Positions 16,320 to 26,374 of a stretch of DNA of 55,607 nt are shown here, piece by piece. Position numbers and translations under genes: made by a program. The number at the start of each line of letters is the position of its first letter. Position 1 is the stretch's first letter. This DNA comes from a virus (lineage: Duplodnaviria > Caudoviricetes): the IMG/VR virus record IMGVR_UViG_3300030098_002332, positions 1 to 55,607 of that record; one strand, written 5' to 3'. The notes under the pieces were generated by a model. That model was not told the DNA's origin. It saw only the letters and a list, made by a program, of their open reading frames with translations, and did no database searches.

Positions 16320-18235
16320 ATAATGGTTATTATACAGCTGCTTTACCTGGAACTAAAGATTATTATGATTTTTGGGACGAGGAAAGAAACAGATGTTTGT
16401 ATGGATACACAGATGGTGATATAAGTGTTACAGGATTTCATTATTTTTACCTAAACTATTGTCCTATTGACAGAGCGGTAGATGAAATAATGCCAGATGG
16501 TACTGTACAGTCTAAACGTGAGCGTACATTCCCTAGATTTTACGATGGTGACTGGGAATATTTCCAAGAGATAGATAAAGCAAGAGCACAGAACAAACAT
16601 ATGATTGTTTTGAAAGCAAGGCGTAAAGGATATTCTTATAAAGCTGGATCTATGCTTGCACGTAACTATTTTTTTGTACGTAATTCTAAAAACTTTGTAT
16701 TTGCATCACAAAAAGAATATTTAATTGGTGATGGATTACTTTCTAAAGCGTGGGAGTTTTTATCTTTTATAGATGACCATACTGCATGGGCACAACCAAG
16801 ATTGAGAGATAGAGAAATGACTAAAATGGCTGGATATAAAAAGAAAGTAAATGGTATAGAGATAGAAATGGGTATGAAGTCACAAATTATGGGGGTATCA
16901 CTAAAAGATAACCCAGATAAGGTAAGGGGTAAGGCAGGTGAGCTAGTATTCTTTGAAGAAGCCGGATCATTTCCTGGATTATTAAAAGCATGGGAGGTGA
17001 CTATGCCAACAATGCGTCAAGGAGCAAAAACATTAGGATTAATGATTGCATTTGGTACAGGTGGTACAGAAGGCGCAGATTTTGAGGCTATGGAAGAGAT
17101 ATTTTACAACCCAGAAGCATATGATTGTATGAACTATGATAATATATGGGATGAAGGAGCAATGGGTAGTCAATGTGGATATTTTATACCTATACAAAAA
17201 AATTTAGATGGATTTATAGATGATGAAGGTAATTCTTTAGCAAATAAAGCTATAGAATATGAAAAAGAAATGAGGGAAAAGAAGAAAGGTGCTGCAGATG
17301 CAAAATCATTAGACCAATATATAGCTGAGCACCCTTTTTCTCCTCAAGAAGCTACATTACAAGTAACAGCTAATTTATTTGATGTAGCATCTTTACAAGA
17401 ACAGTATAATAACATAAAAGCAAATAATTTACACTCTGTAGGTACAGTTGGTAGATTATATTATGCATCTGACAATCAAATTAAATTTAAACCAGACGGA
17501 GATCTAAAACAAATACTAAAATTTCCACATAGAAAAGATGATAATACTACAGGAGCTGTTGTTATATATGAATCACCGTATAAAAATCAGAAACAACAAG
17601 TTCCTTTAAATATGTATGTAATATGTCATGACCCTTATGGTCAAAATCAGTCTGCAGATAGCTCATCTTTAGGAGCGGCGTATGTATTAAAAAGACCAAA
17701 CAATATTTCTCATCCTGATGATATTATTGTAGCATCTTATGTAGGTAGACCAAAAACACAAGATGAATATAATAGAAATTTGTTTATGTTAGCAGATTAT
17801 TATGGGTGTAAGATAGGATTTGAGAACGATCGAGGTGAAGTAATAGCTTATGCAAAAAGACATAGAAAGTTACATAAACTACAGGAAGAATTTGAGATGT
17901 TAGATAAAAAAGAATTGAGAAGTAGAAATGTAAAACGTCAATATGGTATGCATATGACAGAAGCAAGGAAAAGGCAAGGTGAGATATATATAAGAGATTG
18001 GTTAAATACTGTAAGAAGAACTGATGAGAATGGAAATAAATTATTAAACTTGCATAAGATATATGATCCTGCATTATTAACAGAGTTAATTAAATTTAAT
18101 CATGCTGGTAACTTTGACCGGGTAATGGCGTTAATGATTGGTATGTATCACACTAGAGAATTGTATAATGCAGAAGTAAAAGAAATACTAGAAGATAGGT
18201 CAGCCGATAAATGGTTTGATCAAAATTATTATTAA
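16271..18235 (+). CDS. terL: Terminase large subunit
   Basis: LKARRKGYS (Walker A), VFFEEAG (Walker B), GTGG, nuclease ICHDPY, FENDRG, FDRVMA. Confidence 0.92.
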   Translation: MFKNTDRVRRSAISFIDNGYYTAALPGTKDYYDFWDEERNRCLYGYTDGDISVTGFHYFYLNYCPIDRAVDEIMPDGTVQSKRERTFPRFYDGDWEYFQEIDKARAQNKHMIVLKARRKGYSYKAGSMLARNYFFVRNSKNFVFASQKEYLIGDGLLSKAWEFLSFIDDHTAWAQPRLRDREMTKMAGYKKKVNGIEIEMGMKSQIMGVSLKDNPDKVRGKAGELVFFEEAGSFPGLLKAWEVTMPTMRQGAKTLGLMIAFGTGGTEGADFEAMEEIFYNPEAYDCMNYDNIWDEGAMGSQCGYFIPIQKNLDGFIDDEGNSLANKAIEYEKEMREKKKGAADAKSLDQYIAEHPFSPQEATLQVTANLFDVASLQEQYNNIKANNLHSVGTVGRLYYASDNQIKFKPDGDLKQILKFPHRKDDNTTGAVVIYESPYKNQKQQVPLNMYVICHDPYGQNQSADSSSLGAAYVLKRPNNISHPDDIIVASYVGRPKTQDEYNRNLFMLADYYGCKIGFENDRGEVIAYAKRHRKLHKLQEEFEMLDKKELRSRNVKRQYGMHMTEARKRQGEIYIRDWLNTVRRTDENGNKLLNLHKIYDPALLTELIKFNHAGNFDRVMALMIGMYHTRELYNAEVKEILEDRSADKWFDQNYY

Positions 18236-18572
18236 TATGAATAAATGTAAAAAGAAAAAACCTTATAACCCTCTACCAGAATACTTAATGATAGGTCCAT
18301 CAAACATACACGGGGCGGGAATCCTAGCTAAAGAAGATATTCCGGGAGAGGTAGTTATAGGTATAAGTCATGTGTACGACCCAAATTTTCAACATGATTA
18401 TATACGTACACCTCTAGGTGGTTTTATAAACCATTCTGATAAACCTAACTGTGAGTTAATAGATGATGATGAAAATACGGATTATAAAAAATTAAAAACC
18501 ATAAAAAAAATAGAAACAGGAGAAGAATTAACTTTAAAGTATGGTTTATATGATATATGTAACTACTTGTAG
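18216..18572 (+). CDS. SET-domain protein (putative lysine methyltransferase)
   Basis: SNIHGAGILAKEDI, FINHSDKPNC, IETGEELTLKYG. Confidence 0.88.
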   Translation: MIKIIINMNKCKKKKPYNPLPEYLMIGPSNIHGAGILAKEDIPGEVVIGISHVYDPNFQHDYIRTPLGGFINHSDKPNCELIDDDENTDYKKLKTIKKIETGEELTLKYGLYDICNYL

Positions 18573-18648
18573 TGTTATATATATAATAAAAGGTTTAAAA
18601 TATTTAGTAGTGTAAAAAATCAACAAAATATAACTAATTTTGTAAACT
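18571..18648 (+). promoter_or_regulatory. Bipartite promoter of portal gene
   Basis: AGTGTTATATA (18571) ... ACTAATTTTGTAAACTA containing TAATTTTG (18635-42); repeated at 23523-23600. Confidence 0.7.
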
Positions 18649-20949
18649 ATGGGATACGATAAAATACCTAGGCAGAAACTGCCTATGAGCAAAAAAACAA
18701 AAAAGTGGAGAGAGTCTTGTGTAGAAGCATACATAGAGCTTTCTAATTCAGGTAGAAGTTCTGGAAGTAATAGAAAAGAATCTCTACAACAACTATATGA
18801 ATACTATAACGGTGTAATTGACGAGGCGGATTATAAATACGTGCTAAAACCATACGGTAAAAGCCGTAGTAACTTCCCTTCTGAAATGCGTAATTATCCC
18901 ATAATTAAACCTATCGTTGATCTTTTGTTAGGTGAGAAATCCAAAAGACCTCTCAATTTCACTGTTACAGTACAAAATGCAGACACAGTTTCTACTAAGG
19001 AACAGGCTTTAAAAGATTTGATATATCAAAACTTTCAAAAACAATTTGCAAATGAATTGATAAAAACAGGCAAGTTTCAAGGAGAGCTAAACGAGGTGCA
19101 ACTGCCTAAACATATACAAGAACAATTTGAAGCATCCTATGTAGACAATAGAGCAATTAAAGGACAACAAGCTTTAGATTATATTATGCATAGTCAAGAA
19201 CTACATGATAAATTTCAAAAAGCATGGTTTCATTTTTTAGTTTCTGGAGAATGTTATACACATAGAGGTGTAAGAAATAATGAACCGTTTTATGAAGTAT
19301 TAAACCCACTTGACGTAGACTATGACCTTGACCCAGATTTAGATTTTGTAGAAGATGGTGATTGGGCTATTGTTAGAAAATATGTACACGCATCTAGTGT
19401 AATAGATTCTTATTATGATTATTTAACTGAACAACAAATACTAGAATTAGAAGAGCCAAGACATTCTGAGTCTGACTCATATTTTTTATATACTAATTCT
19501 ATGAATAAAGATCCAAATGCATATAGAAATAGATTAATAGAAGTTGCACATGTATATTGGAAATCTAGAAAAAGAATTGGATTTTTATCTTTTAACGATC
19601 CTCAGACAGGAGCTATGGAAGAAAAAATAGTAGAAGATGGATTTAGAATGTCAGAAGATCTTAAGATGATAGGAGCTAAAATGGATTGGAGATGGGTAAA
19701 CGAAGTTTGGGAAGGAACAAGAATTGATGGTAGGATGTATGTTAAGATACACCCAGTAGTAAACCAAAGAAATGATATAGATAATAATTCTGTTTGTAAA
19801 CTTCCTATTAATGGTATTAGATATTCTAATATAAACTCTTCAAATATATCTTTAGTAAAATTAGGTATACCTTACCAGTTAAATTACAATATATATAAAT
19901 ATAGATTAGAGCTTGCAATAGCTAGAAGTAAAGATATTATTGCACAGTTTGATATAAATATGATTCCTAAAAAATGGGACATGGATAAGTTTATGTACTA
20001 TGTAGAAGGAACAGGTATTGCTTGGGTAGACTACAATAAAGAAGGAATACAACTAAATCCACAACACCAATCTGTTATGGACATGTCTATAAAAACAATA
20101 GAACAATATATTGCTTTGTTAGAGTCTATAATGCAAGAATGGGAAAAATTATCTGGAGTAAATAGACAAAGACAAGGACAAGTAGGTAGTTATGAGGGTA
20201 AAGCAACATCACAACAGGCTATCGTACAATCATCACATATTACAGAAGACTTGTTCCGTAAATTTAACAGAATGGAACAAAGAGATTTACAAGGTTTGAT
20301 TGACTATTCTAAAGAAGCTTGGTTAGGAGGAAAGAAAACTATGTACATGATGCCTGATGGTACAACAGATTTTTTAGATTTAAATAGTTTAACTCACATG
20401 GAGTCTAACTATGGTATATTTGTTTCTGACTCTGGTAAAGAGCAGGATAAACTAGAAGCAGTTAAAGCTTTATCACAATCTATGATACAAAACGGAGTTC
20501 CAGCATCTACTATTACAGAAATGTTTGATTCTTCTAGCTTTACACAAATAAAACATAAAATTAAATTAGCTGAGCAAGCACAAGAGAAATTAGCACAACA
20601 ACAACAAGAAGCTCAACAACAAATGGAGCAGGCTAAACTTGATCAACAAGCTAAAGAAGCTGACAATGATAATATGAACAAAGAGAAAGATAGAGAAACT
20701 CAAATCAAAGTCGCTATGATACATGCTAGAGATAATGATACTAATGCTAAGTTAAATTTAGCAAAAGGTATGAGAGAGTTAGACATTAAAGACAGAGAAG
20801 TTGATATTAAAGCTAGAGAAGCTGAAGGAAAAGTACAAACAAATAGAGATAATGCAAATCTTAAAAGAGAAGAACAAAGATCTAAAGAAAAAATAGCTAG
20901 AGAAAAAAATAGAGCAGATATAAATAAATCTAAATCTAAGGATAAATAA
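18649..20949 (+). CDS. Portal protein
   Basis: 766 aa after TerL; NYPIIKPIVDLLLGE, WVNEVWEGTRI, coiled-coil C-terminus typical of crAss-like portals. Confidence 0.88.
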   Translation: MGYDKIPRQKLPMSKKTKKWRESCVEAYIELSNSGRSSGSNRKESLQQLYEYYNGVIDEADYKYVLKPYGKSRSNFPSEMRNYPIIKPIVDLLLGEKSKRPLNFTVTVQNADTVSTKEQALKDLIYQNFQKQFANELIKTGKFQGELNEVQLPKHIQEQFEASYVDNRAIKGQQALDYIMHSQELHDKFQKAWFHFLVSGECYTHRGVRNNEPFYEVLNPLDVDYDLDPDLDFVEDGDWAIVRKYVHASSVIDSYYDYLTEQQILELEEPRHSESDSYFLYTNSMNKDPNAYRNRLIEVAHVYWKSRKRIGFLSFNDPQTGAMEEKIVEDGFRMSEDLKMIGAKMDWRWVNEVWEGTRIDGRMYVKIHPVVNQRNDIDNNSVCKLPINGIRYSNINSSNISLVKLGIPYQLNYNIYKYRLELAIARSKDIIAQFDINMIPKKWDMDKFMYYVEGTGIAWVDYNKEGIQLNPQHQSVMDMSIKTIEQYIALLESIMQEWEKLSGVNRQRQGQVGSYEGKATSQQAIVQSSHITEDLFRKFNRMEQRDLQGLIDYSKEAWLGGKKTMYMMPDGTTDFLDLNSLTHMESNYGIFVSDSGKEQDKLEAVKALSQSMIQNGVPASTITEMFDSSSFTQIKHKIKLAEQAQEKLAQQQQEAQQQMEQAKLDQQAKEADNDNMNKEKDRETQIKVAMIHARDNDTNAKLNLAKGMRELDIKDREVDIKAREAEGKVQTNRDNANLKREEQRSKEKIAREKNRADINKSKSKDK

Positions 20950-23522
20950 TGCTGAGTTCTAAGGAACAGATGGAAATAATCAAAGCAGCTATTGATAGAA
21001 AATATCAAGGTCCTGTATATGAATTGATAGAACAGGCTATGATAGAGCGTGCTGCTCAGATAGAACAAAAGCAAAAAGAAGGAGATCAAAATCAACCTTT
21101 ACAACCAGTATCTTTAGGGTCTATAGATCCAGAAGTTCAGGAGCCAACATCTACAGAAAGAAATATAATAATGCCTGGTCAATATAAAGATGGAGGTGTA
21201 AAAGAAGATAAAGATCAAGTTGCATTAAATGTTTATTATCCAGAGGTAGAGGTAACTGGGAATCGTTTAGAGCCTGCAATAAGTGGTGGTGATATATCTG
21301 AAGTAACTACTGAACCTAAAAAAACTTTGCTAGATAAAATTAAAAATGTTGGTTTGAATTATATTAATCCTTTATTAATTGCAGACAATACATTACAAGC
21401 TTTAAGCATACCTTCTAACATTATTAGAGAAAGCATAGAAGGTATAGGTGGTAAAGGAGATGCTAAGTTTAATTGGAAAGATATTATTCCAGATGTATAC
21501 AATACTACTATATTTGATGAGGATAAAAAACAAGAACCAGTTTCAAAAACATTAGGTGTAGAAGGCTTTTTTCCAAGTTTGCTTGTTGATCTAGCTACAG
21601 ATCCTACAACATATGTAGGCGCAGGAGTTGTTAAAAATCTTGTACAAAAAAGTGGTAAAACAATTTTACCTAAAGTTGGAAAGCAGGTAAAGAAAATAAA
21701 ACCAGGATATAAATCTCAAAGCCCTACTACAACTACAACAACAACTAAACCTACAACAGCTAAGGTTGATAAACCTAAAAACGATATAGTAACCAAAGAA
21801 AATATAATTACACCTACAGCTAAAGAAGATAAACTTATTAATGAGGCTCTAGACAATTCTTCTAACTTTTATCAAAAACAATTTGAGGGGGCTGTTAATC
21901 AGAAGAAATTAGATGAGATGGGTCCGTATGGAGATCAAATAAGACTTAATTATAAAACTAGTCTAGACCTTGGGACTTTTGGATCACAGACTCGTTCAGG
22001 GTTGGGTAGTGATATAAGTCAAATGGGCTATTCTACCACGTTAGATATTAACAAAATTGGTCAAAGACGTGCTGTAGATTTTGATGGTGATTTAAAATTT
22101 CTAGACTATGACGCACCTAATCCTAGAGTAAGTTTTGTAAATAAAAGTCAGAGTCTTATGGGATATAGGCAGAAAAGTAAATTTAGTGTAGGTAAAAATA
22201 TTGGTGGTAAGATAAAAACTCAAGCTGATGTTGATGATAATTTTGTAAAAAGTCTTGGAGAAACTGATATTCATGAAACCTCTCATAATCTTGGTATGCC
22301 TACCAATTTTAAAGCATACTATAGACCCAGCAAAGGAGAGAATGCAGGTAAAATTGTAAGTTATAATCTCCACCCTAATAACATGTTTACTCTTCACAGA
22401 AACAAAAATTTAGTTTTTGACCCAAGGCAACCTGCAATAAGATATGGAGAGGGTATAGCTACAAAAGTTACTGATGAGGGTGTAACATTTACAACAAAAT
22501 GGAATCCAAAAAAAGAACAATTTGACACAGAGTTTGTTAAAAAAAGTGATTTGCCTGTAGATCAATACAATCTCTTGAATACTATGAAAAACAAACCAAG
22601 TAGCCAAAAAAGGTTTAAGAATTTTTTTGAATATAAAAGGCAACCCCTTGAAATAGTTCCTAATATGCAGGCGTTTAAATATCAGGGTAAATATACAGAT
22701 GACCTTTATGGAAATATTGGTTCTGGTACTGCTGACAAACTTTATGGTAAATTAAAAAATTCTGATCGTACGCAATGGGCTTTATTTAGAGATAGTAAGG
22801 CGTTTCAAAATATATTTAATAAATCTACTTATGGTGCTGTGCCTGTTGGAGGTATAGGTGGGGCAACTATATTTAATAATAAAGAAACTAGCACAGGTTA
22901 TAGGAAAGGAGGTTTTAAAAAAGAAAATGGTGGATTTAAAATATCTTTAACAAAAGAAGGTTTTCGTCCTATAGATGATCAGTTCTTTTCTAGATATAGA
23001 TATTACAAAGGTAAAAGTTGTGAAGAAACAGATTCAGCATGTTCTTACAGACCAAACACTACAATAGGGTTTAATGCAGGAGATAGATCTTTATTTGCAT
23101 CATATACTCCAGAAATTGAAGTTCCTCTTGGAGGAGATAGAATAAGAACAGGTGGGGGTATCTTAGCACTAGGCACAAACTTTGAAGGAACTTTAGATAA
23201 GGATTTAAATATTGATAGCTCTATAACAGGTACTGGTAGAATTGGTTGGAACAGATATGAACGTAGACAAGAAAATCAAGGATTAATAAATCCTTTTACT
23301 GGTAAGAGAATGGACAAAGTTAGACCACAAGTAGAAGCTGGTATTTATGGTAACTATGATTTACAAAATAAAAATATAAAAGATGTTGGTTTGTATGGAA
23401 GGTATGGAGCTTTGTCAGGTAATTTAGGATATGACTTAACAGACAAACAAGTCAAAGCTGGAATAGGATTAAAATTTAAAGAAGGAGGGAAAAAAAGAAA
23501 ATGTAGATATGGATGCTGGTAA
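20949..23522 (+). CDS. Composite virion cargo-like protein: HExxH zincin-like region plus C-terminal beta-rich region, punctuated by xxGG motifs
   Basis: DIHETSHNLG; YKDGG, YRKGG, KKENGG, FKEGG; DLATDPTTYVGAG. Confidence 0.55.
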   Translation: MLSSKEQMEIIKAAIDRKYQGPVYELIEQAMIERAAQIEQKQKEGDQNQPLQPVSLGSIDPEVQEPTSTERNIIMPGQYKDGGVKEDKDQVALNVYYPEVEVTGNRLEPAISGGDISEVTTEPKKTLLDKIKNVGLNYINPLLIADNTLQALSIPSNIIRESIEGIGGKGDAKFNWKDIIPDVYNTTIFDEDKKQEPVSKTLGVEGFFPSLLVDLATDPTTYVGAGVVKNLVQKSGKTILPKVGKQVKKIKPGYKSQSPTTTTTTTKPTTAKVDKPKNDIVTKENIITPTAKEDKLINEALDNSSNFYQKQFEGAVNQKKLDEMGPYGDQIRLNYKTSLDLGTFGSQTRSGLGSDISQMGYSTTLDINKIGQRRAVDFDGDLKFLDYDAPNPRVSFVNKSQSLMGYRQKSKFSVGKNIGGKIKTQADVDDNFVKSLGETDIHETSHNLGMPTNFKAYYRPSKGENAGKIVSYNLHPNNMFTLHRNKNLVFDPRQPAIRYGEGIATKVTDEGVTFTTKWNPKKEQFDTEFVKKSDLPVDQYNLLNTMKNKPSSQKRFKNFFEYKRQPLEIVPNMQAFKYQGKYTDDLYGNIGSGTADKLYGKLKNSDRTQWALFRDSKAFQNIFNKSTYGAVPVGGIGGATIFNNKETSTGYRKGGFKKENGGFKISLTKEGFRPIDDQFFSRYRYYKGKSCEETDSACSYRPNTTIGFNAGDRSLFASYTPEIEVPLGGDRIRTGGGILALGTNFEGTLDKDLNIDSSITGTGRIGWNRYERRQENQGLINPFTGKRMDKVRPQVEAGIYGNYDLQNKNIKDVGLYGRYGALSGNLGYDLTDKQVKAGIGLKFKEGGKKRKCRYGCW

Positions 23523-23600
23523 AGTGTTATATAATAATAGAAAAACCAAAAAATAAAAAACTATAAAAAATATAGATATAATTACTAATTTTGTAAACTA
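23523..23600 (+). promoter_or_regulatory. Bipartite promoter of scaffold/MCP operon
   Basis: AGTGTTATATA (23523) ... ACTAATTTTGTAAACTA with TAATTTTG at 23586-93. Confidence 0.7.
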
Positions 23601-23616
23601 ATAAAACAATAAATAT

Positions 23617-24720
23617 ATGGACCCAAATGAAAAAATACAACTAGATGACATCTCTTTTGACGATGTTATTGCTGGTGACGGAGTAGCTACAGAAACTGTA
23701 GAACCCGTAGAAGAAACCAAAGAAGAACAACAACCTGTAGAAACTACAGAAGAACCTTTAGAGGATATTGCGTTAGATGATACCGAAGAGGAAGAGGAGG
23801 AAGAAGTAGAAGAAGAGGAGTATGAAGAAGCTGAGGAAGAGGAATCTTATGAGGATGATGAAGAAGGTGAAGGATACTCTACAGTAGTTGGAGAAGTTTT
23901 AGATAAACTAGGATATGACCTAGAAGGTGATAGCTATGATGACACAGCTGAAGGTTTGGCAAATATGACTGCAGACGTAGCATCACAAATGGCTGATGAA
24001 AGAATTGATAAAGTTCTTGAGGCGTTTCCTTTAGTTAAAAAACATTTAGATTATGTTTTAGCTGGAGGAGAGTCACAAAATTTTATGGAAGCGTATGACC
24101 CTAACTTGGATTATAATCAAGTTAACATTGAAGAAGATGACCACAGGTCTCAGAAAGCAATATTAGGAGATTACTTAGAATTAAAAGGACATGATCAAGA
24201 CTTTATTGAAGAGATGTTAAATGACTTTGAGGATACAGGTAAATTGTATCAAAAAGCAGAAGCTGCTCGAGGAGCGCTTGCTAAACATCAAAACAGTCAA
24301 AGAGAACAGTTGGTAGAAAGACAAAGAAAAGAAACAGAAGCAAGACAAGCAGAGGTACAAAAATTCTGGAACAATGTTTCTGATACTATTGAGGATGCAG
24401 ATTCTTTTGCTGGTATAGCAGTACCAAAAAAAGACAAAGAAGACTTTTTTGACTATCTATCAACACCTGTAACCAAAGAAGGTTACACACAAAGAGACAT
24501 AGATCATGCAGAAGCTGATATGGAAATAAAATTAGCTATTGACTATCTAATGTACACAGGGTTTGACTTAAGTGATTTAATATCTACTAAAGCTAAAACT
24601 CAAAATGCTAGAACGTTGAGAGAACGTATTAGTAGAAATGAAGATAGAGTTAAATCTACTCGAAGATCAACAAGAAGAAGTAAAAATGTTGATTTAGATA
24701 ATTTAGATCTATCAATTTAA
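23617..24720 (+). CDS. Putative capsid scaffold protein
   Basis: Very acidic, helical, directly upstream of MCP. Confidence 0.7.
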   Translation: MDPNEKIQLDDISFDDVIAGDGVATETVEPVEETKEEQQPVETTEEPLEDIALDDTEEEEEEEVEEEEYEEAEEEESYEDDEEGEGYSTVVGEVLDKLGYDLEGDSYDDTAEGLANMTADVASQMADERIDKVLEAFPLVKKHLDYVLAGGESQNFMEAYDPNLDYNQVNIEEDDHRSQKAILGDYLELKGHDQDFIEEMLNDFEDTGKLYQKAEAARGALAKHQNSQREQLVERQRKETEARQAEVQKFWNNVSDTIEDADSFAGIAVPKKDKEDFFDYLSTPVTKEGYTQRDIDHAEADMEIKLAIDYLMYTGFDLSDLISTKAKTQNARTLRERISRNEDRVKSTRRSTRRSKNVDLDNLDLSI

Positions 24721-24780
24721 TAACGGCAATTCTTCAAGGAGACTTGAATTTTGTATATAACTTTAAAAAATAATTAGAAT

Positions 24781-26235
24781 ATGGCAATTAACGGAACAAA
24801 CATAAGCGTTCAAAAAACGTTTTACAATGACTCGCAAATGACAGACATGAACAGTCTATCAGCTGCATTGTTGGCAAAACCGACTGAGCTGTCTCCAATT
24901 ATTACTCATTTAGCAGGAAAAGACGATAAAAGATTTCCACTATCTTTCTTAACGGAAGGTGTTGGTAACGTAAAATCTATTGACCGCTTGGAGTATGAAT
25001 ATCGTGTGGCAACACATAGATTGAGAACGAGACCAGTAGCGGCGACACCAGCATCAACTTCAAATGTTGGTCTAGGAGGAGCAAGCTTCGAGCTTGAATT
25101 CCCTGACAAGCATTTTGTATTTCCATACGTATTAGTATCTCAAGGAGGTACTCAAGCACGTATAATGAAAGAGCCTCAGCAAGTGGCTGGTGGAACTTCA
25201 TACAAGTATACATTACAATTAGTAAATCCAGCAGCTACAGCAACTGTTGCAGCAGCAGATATTACAGTAGGAGCTCTTTGGGCTCAAATGTATGCACCAG
25301 TAGGAACTGACTTCTCTAGAGGTAATGCTTCTAACTGGGAAACTCCAGGTAAAGTAAGAAATAAACTAACTACAGTTAGAAAATCTTACCACATGTCTGG
25401 AAACGCTAAAGATTATGTAGCAGAGTTTGCTCTACCAACTAAAGGTGGATCTACTACTAAACTTTGGATGGACTACGAAGAGTACTTACACATGCTTGAC
25501 TTTAAAGAAGAGTGTGAAATGTACTACTGGTATGGTCAAAAGACTTATGACTCAAACGGGATCACTTACATGAAAGATGAAAATGGTCAACCAGTTGTTG
25601 TAGGTCCTGGTCTATTAGAGCAAATAGTAAATAAAGATACTTACTCTACTATGACTGAAACAAAAATTAAAAACATCATCGGTGATTTATTTTATCAAAT
25701 GACTGATGCTGCTCAAAAACAAGTAACTCTTTACACTGGTACTGGAGGTGCTAGAGAATTTGATGAGGCGTTAAAAGCTCACTTCTCAGCTGCAGGTAAT
25801 GCATTTAAAGTTGGAGGTGAAAATAGATTCATCACAGGTTCTGGTAGATCATTAGGTTTAACTGGTTACTTTACTACGTACGAGCACGTAGACGGACACA
25901 CTGTAAATGTGGTAAAATTACCATTATTTGATCATGGTGCGGTTGCTCAAGCTCGTGCAAAACACCCTGTTACTGGATACTCTTTAGAATCATACAGAAT
26001 GGTATTTGTTGATCAATCAAATTATGATGGTCAGAATAACCTACAAATGATTTCTAAGAAGGGCCGTGAGGCGATGAGATGGTGTGTAGCTGGATCTGTA
26101 GTCCCTAGAGGATTTAGTTCTACTGACGCTAGAGCATCTGATGTTGATGGGGCGTCTGTACACATGTTAAAAACTGCAGGTATCGCATTAAGACGTTTTG
26201 ATACTTCTTTAGACATTGAGTGTACAGCATCTTAA
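24781..26235 (+). CDS. Major capsid protein (crAss-like)
   Basis: 484 aa with biased codons; FPLSFLTEG, NKLTTVRKS, GPGLLEQI, YTGTGG..EF; followed by hairpin. Confidence 0.85.
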   Translation: MAINGTNISVQKTFYNDSQMTDMNSLSAALLAKPTELSPIITHLAGKDDKRFPLSFLTEGVGNVKSIDRLEYEYRVATHRLRTRPVAATPASTSNVGLGGASFELEFPDKHFVFPYVLVSQGGTQARIMKEPQQVAGGTSYKYTLQLVNPAATATVAAADITVGALWAQMYAPVGTDFSRGNASNWETPGKVRNKLTTVRKSYHMSGNAKDYVAEFALPTKGGSTTKLWMDYEEYLHMLDFKEECEMYYWYGQKTYDSNGITYMKDENGQPVVVGPGLLEQIVNKDTYSTMTETKIKNIIGDLFYQMTDAAQKQVTLYTGTGGAREFDEALKAHFSAAGNAFKVGGENRFITGSGRSLGLTGYFTTYEHVDGHTVNVVKLPLFDHGAVAQARAKHPVTGYSLESYRMVFVDQSNYDGQNNLQMISKKGREAMRWCVAGSVVPRGFSSTDARASDVDGASVHMLKTAGIALRRFDTSLDIECTAS

Positions 26236-26271
26236 TTTGGCATTAATTTGCAGTCTATATATTGGTTTTTG

Positions 26272-26309
26272 ATTAAGGTTGTGGGGGAACAATCCCCCAC
26301 ATCTTTAAT
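26272..26309 (+). terminator. Hairpin/terminator after MCP
   Basis: GTGGGGGA-ACAA-TCCCCCAC core with extended flanks. Confidence 0.65.
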
Positions 26310-26374
26310 TACAATTATATAATCGGGGAGTTATTCTTTACACCCACTAACTAAAACTTTAAAAGAACTGAATT

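Noticed and set aside
7869-18235. Introns or inteins in polA or terL
   Set aside because: Both ORFs are continuous and of normal length, with no intein or homing-endonuclease motifs.
23770-23870. GAA/GAG-rich low-complexity tract
   Set aside because: Encodes the poly-Glu region of the scaffold protein.
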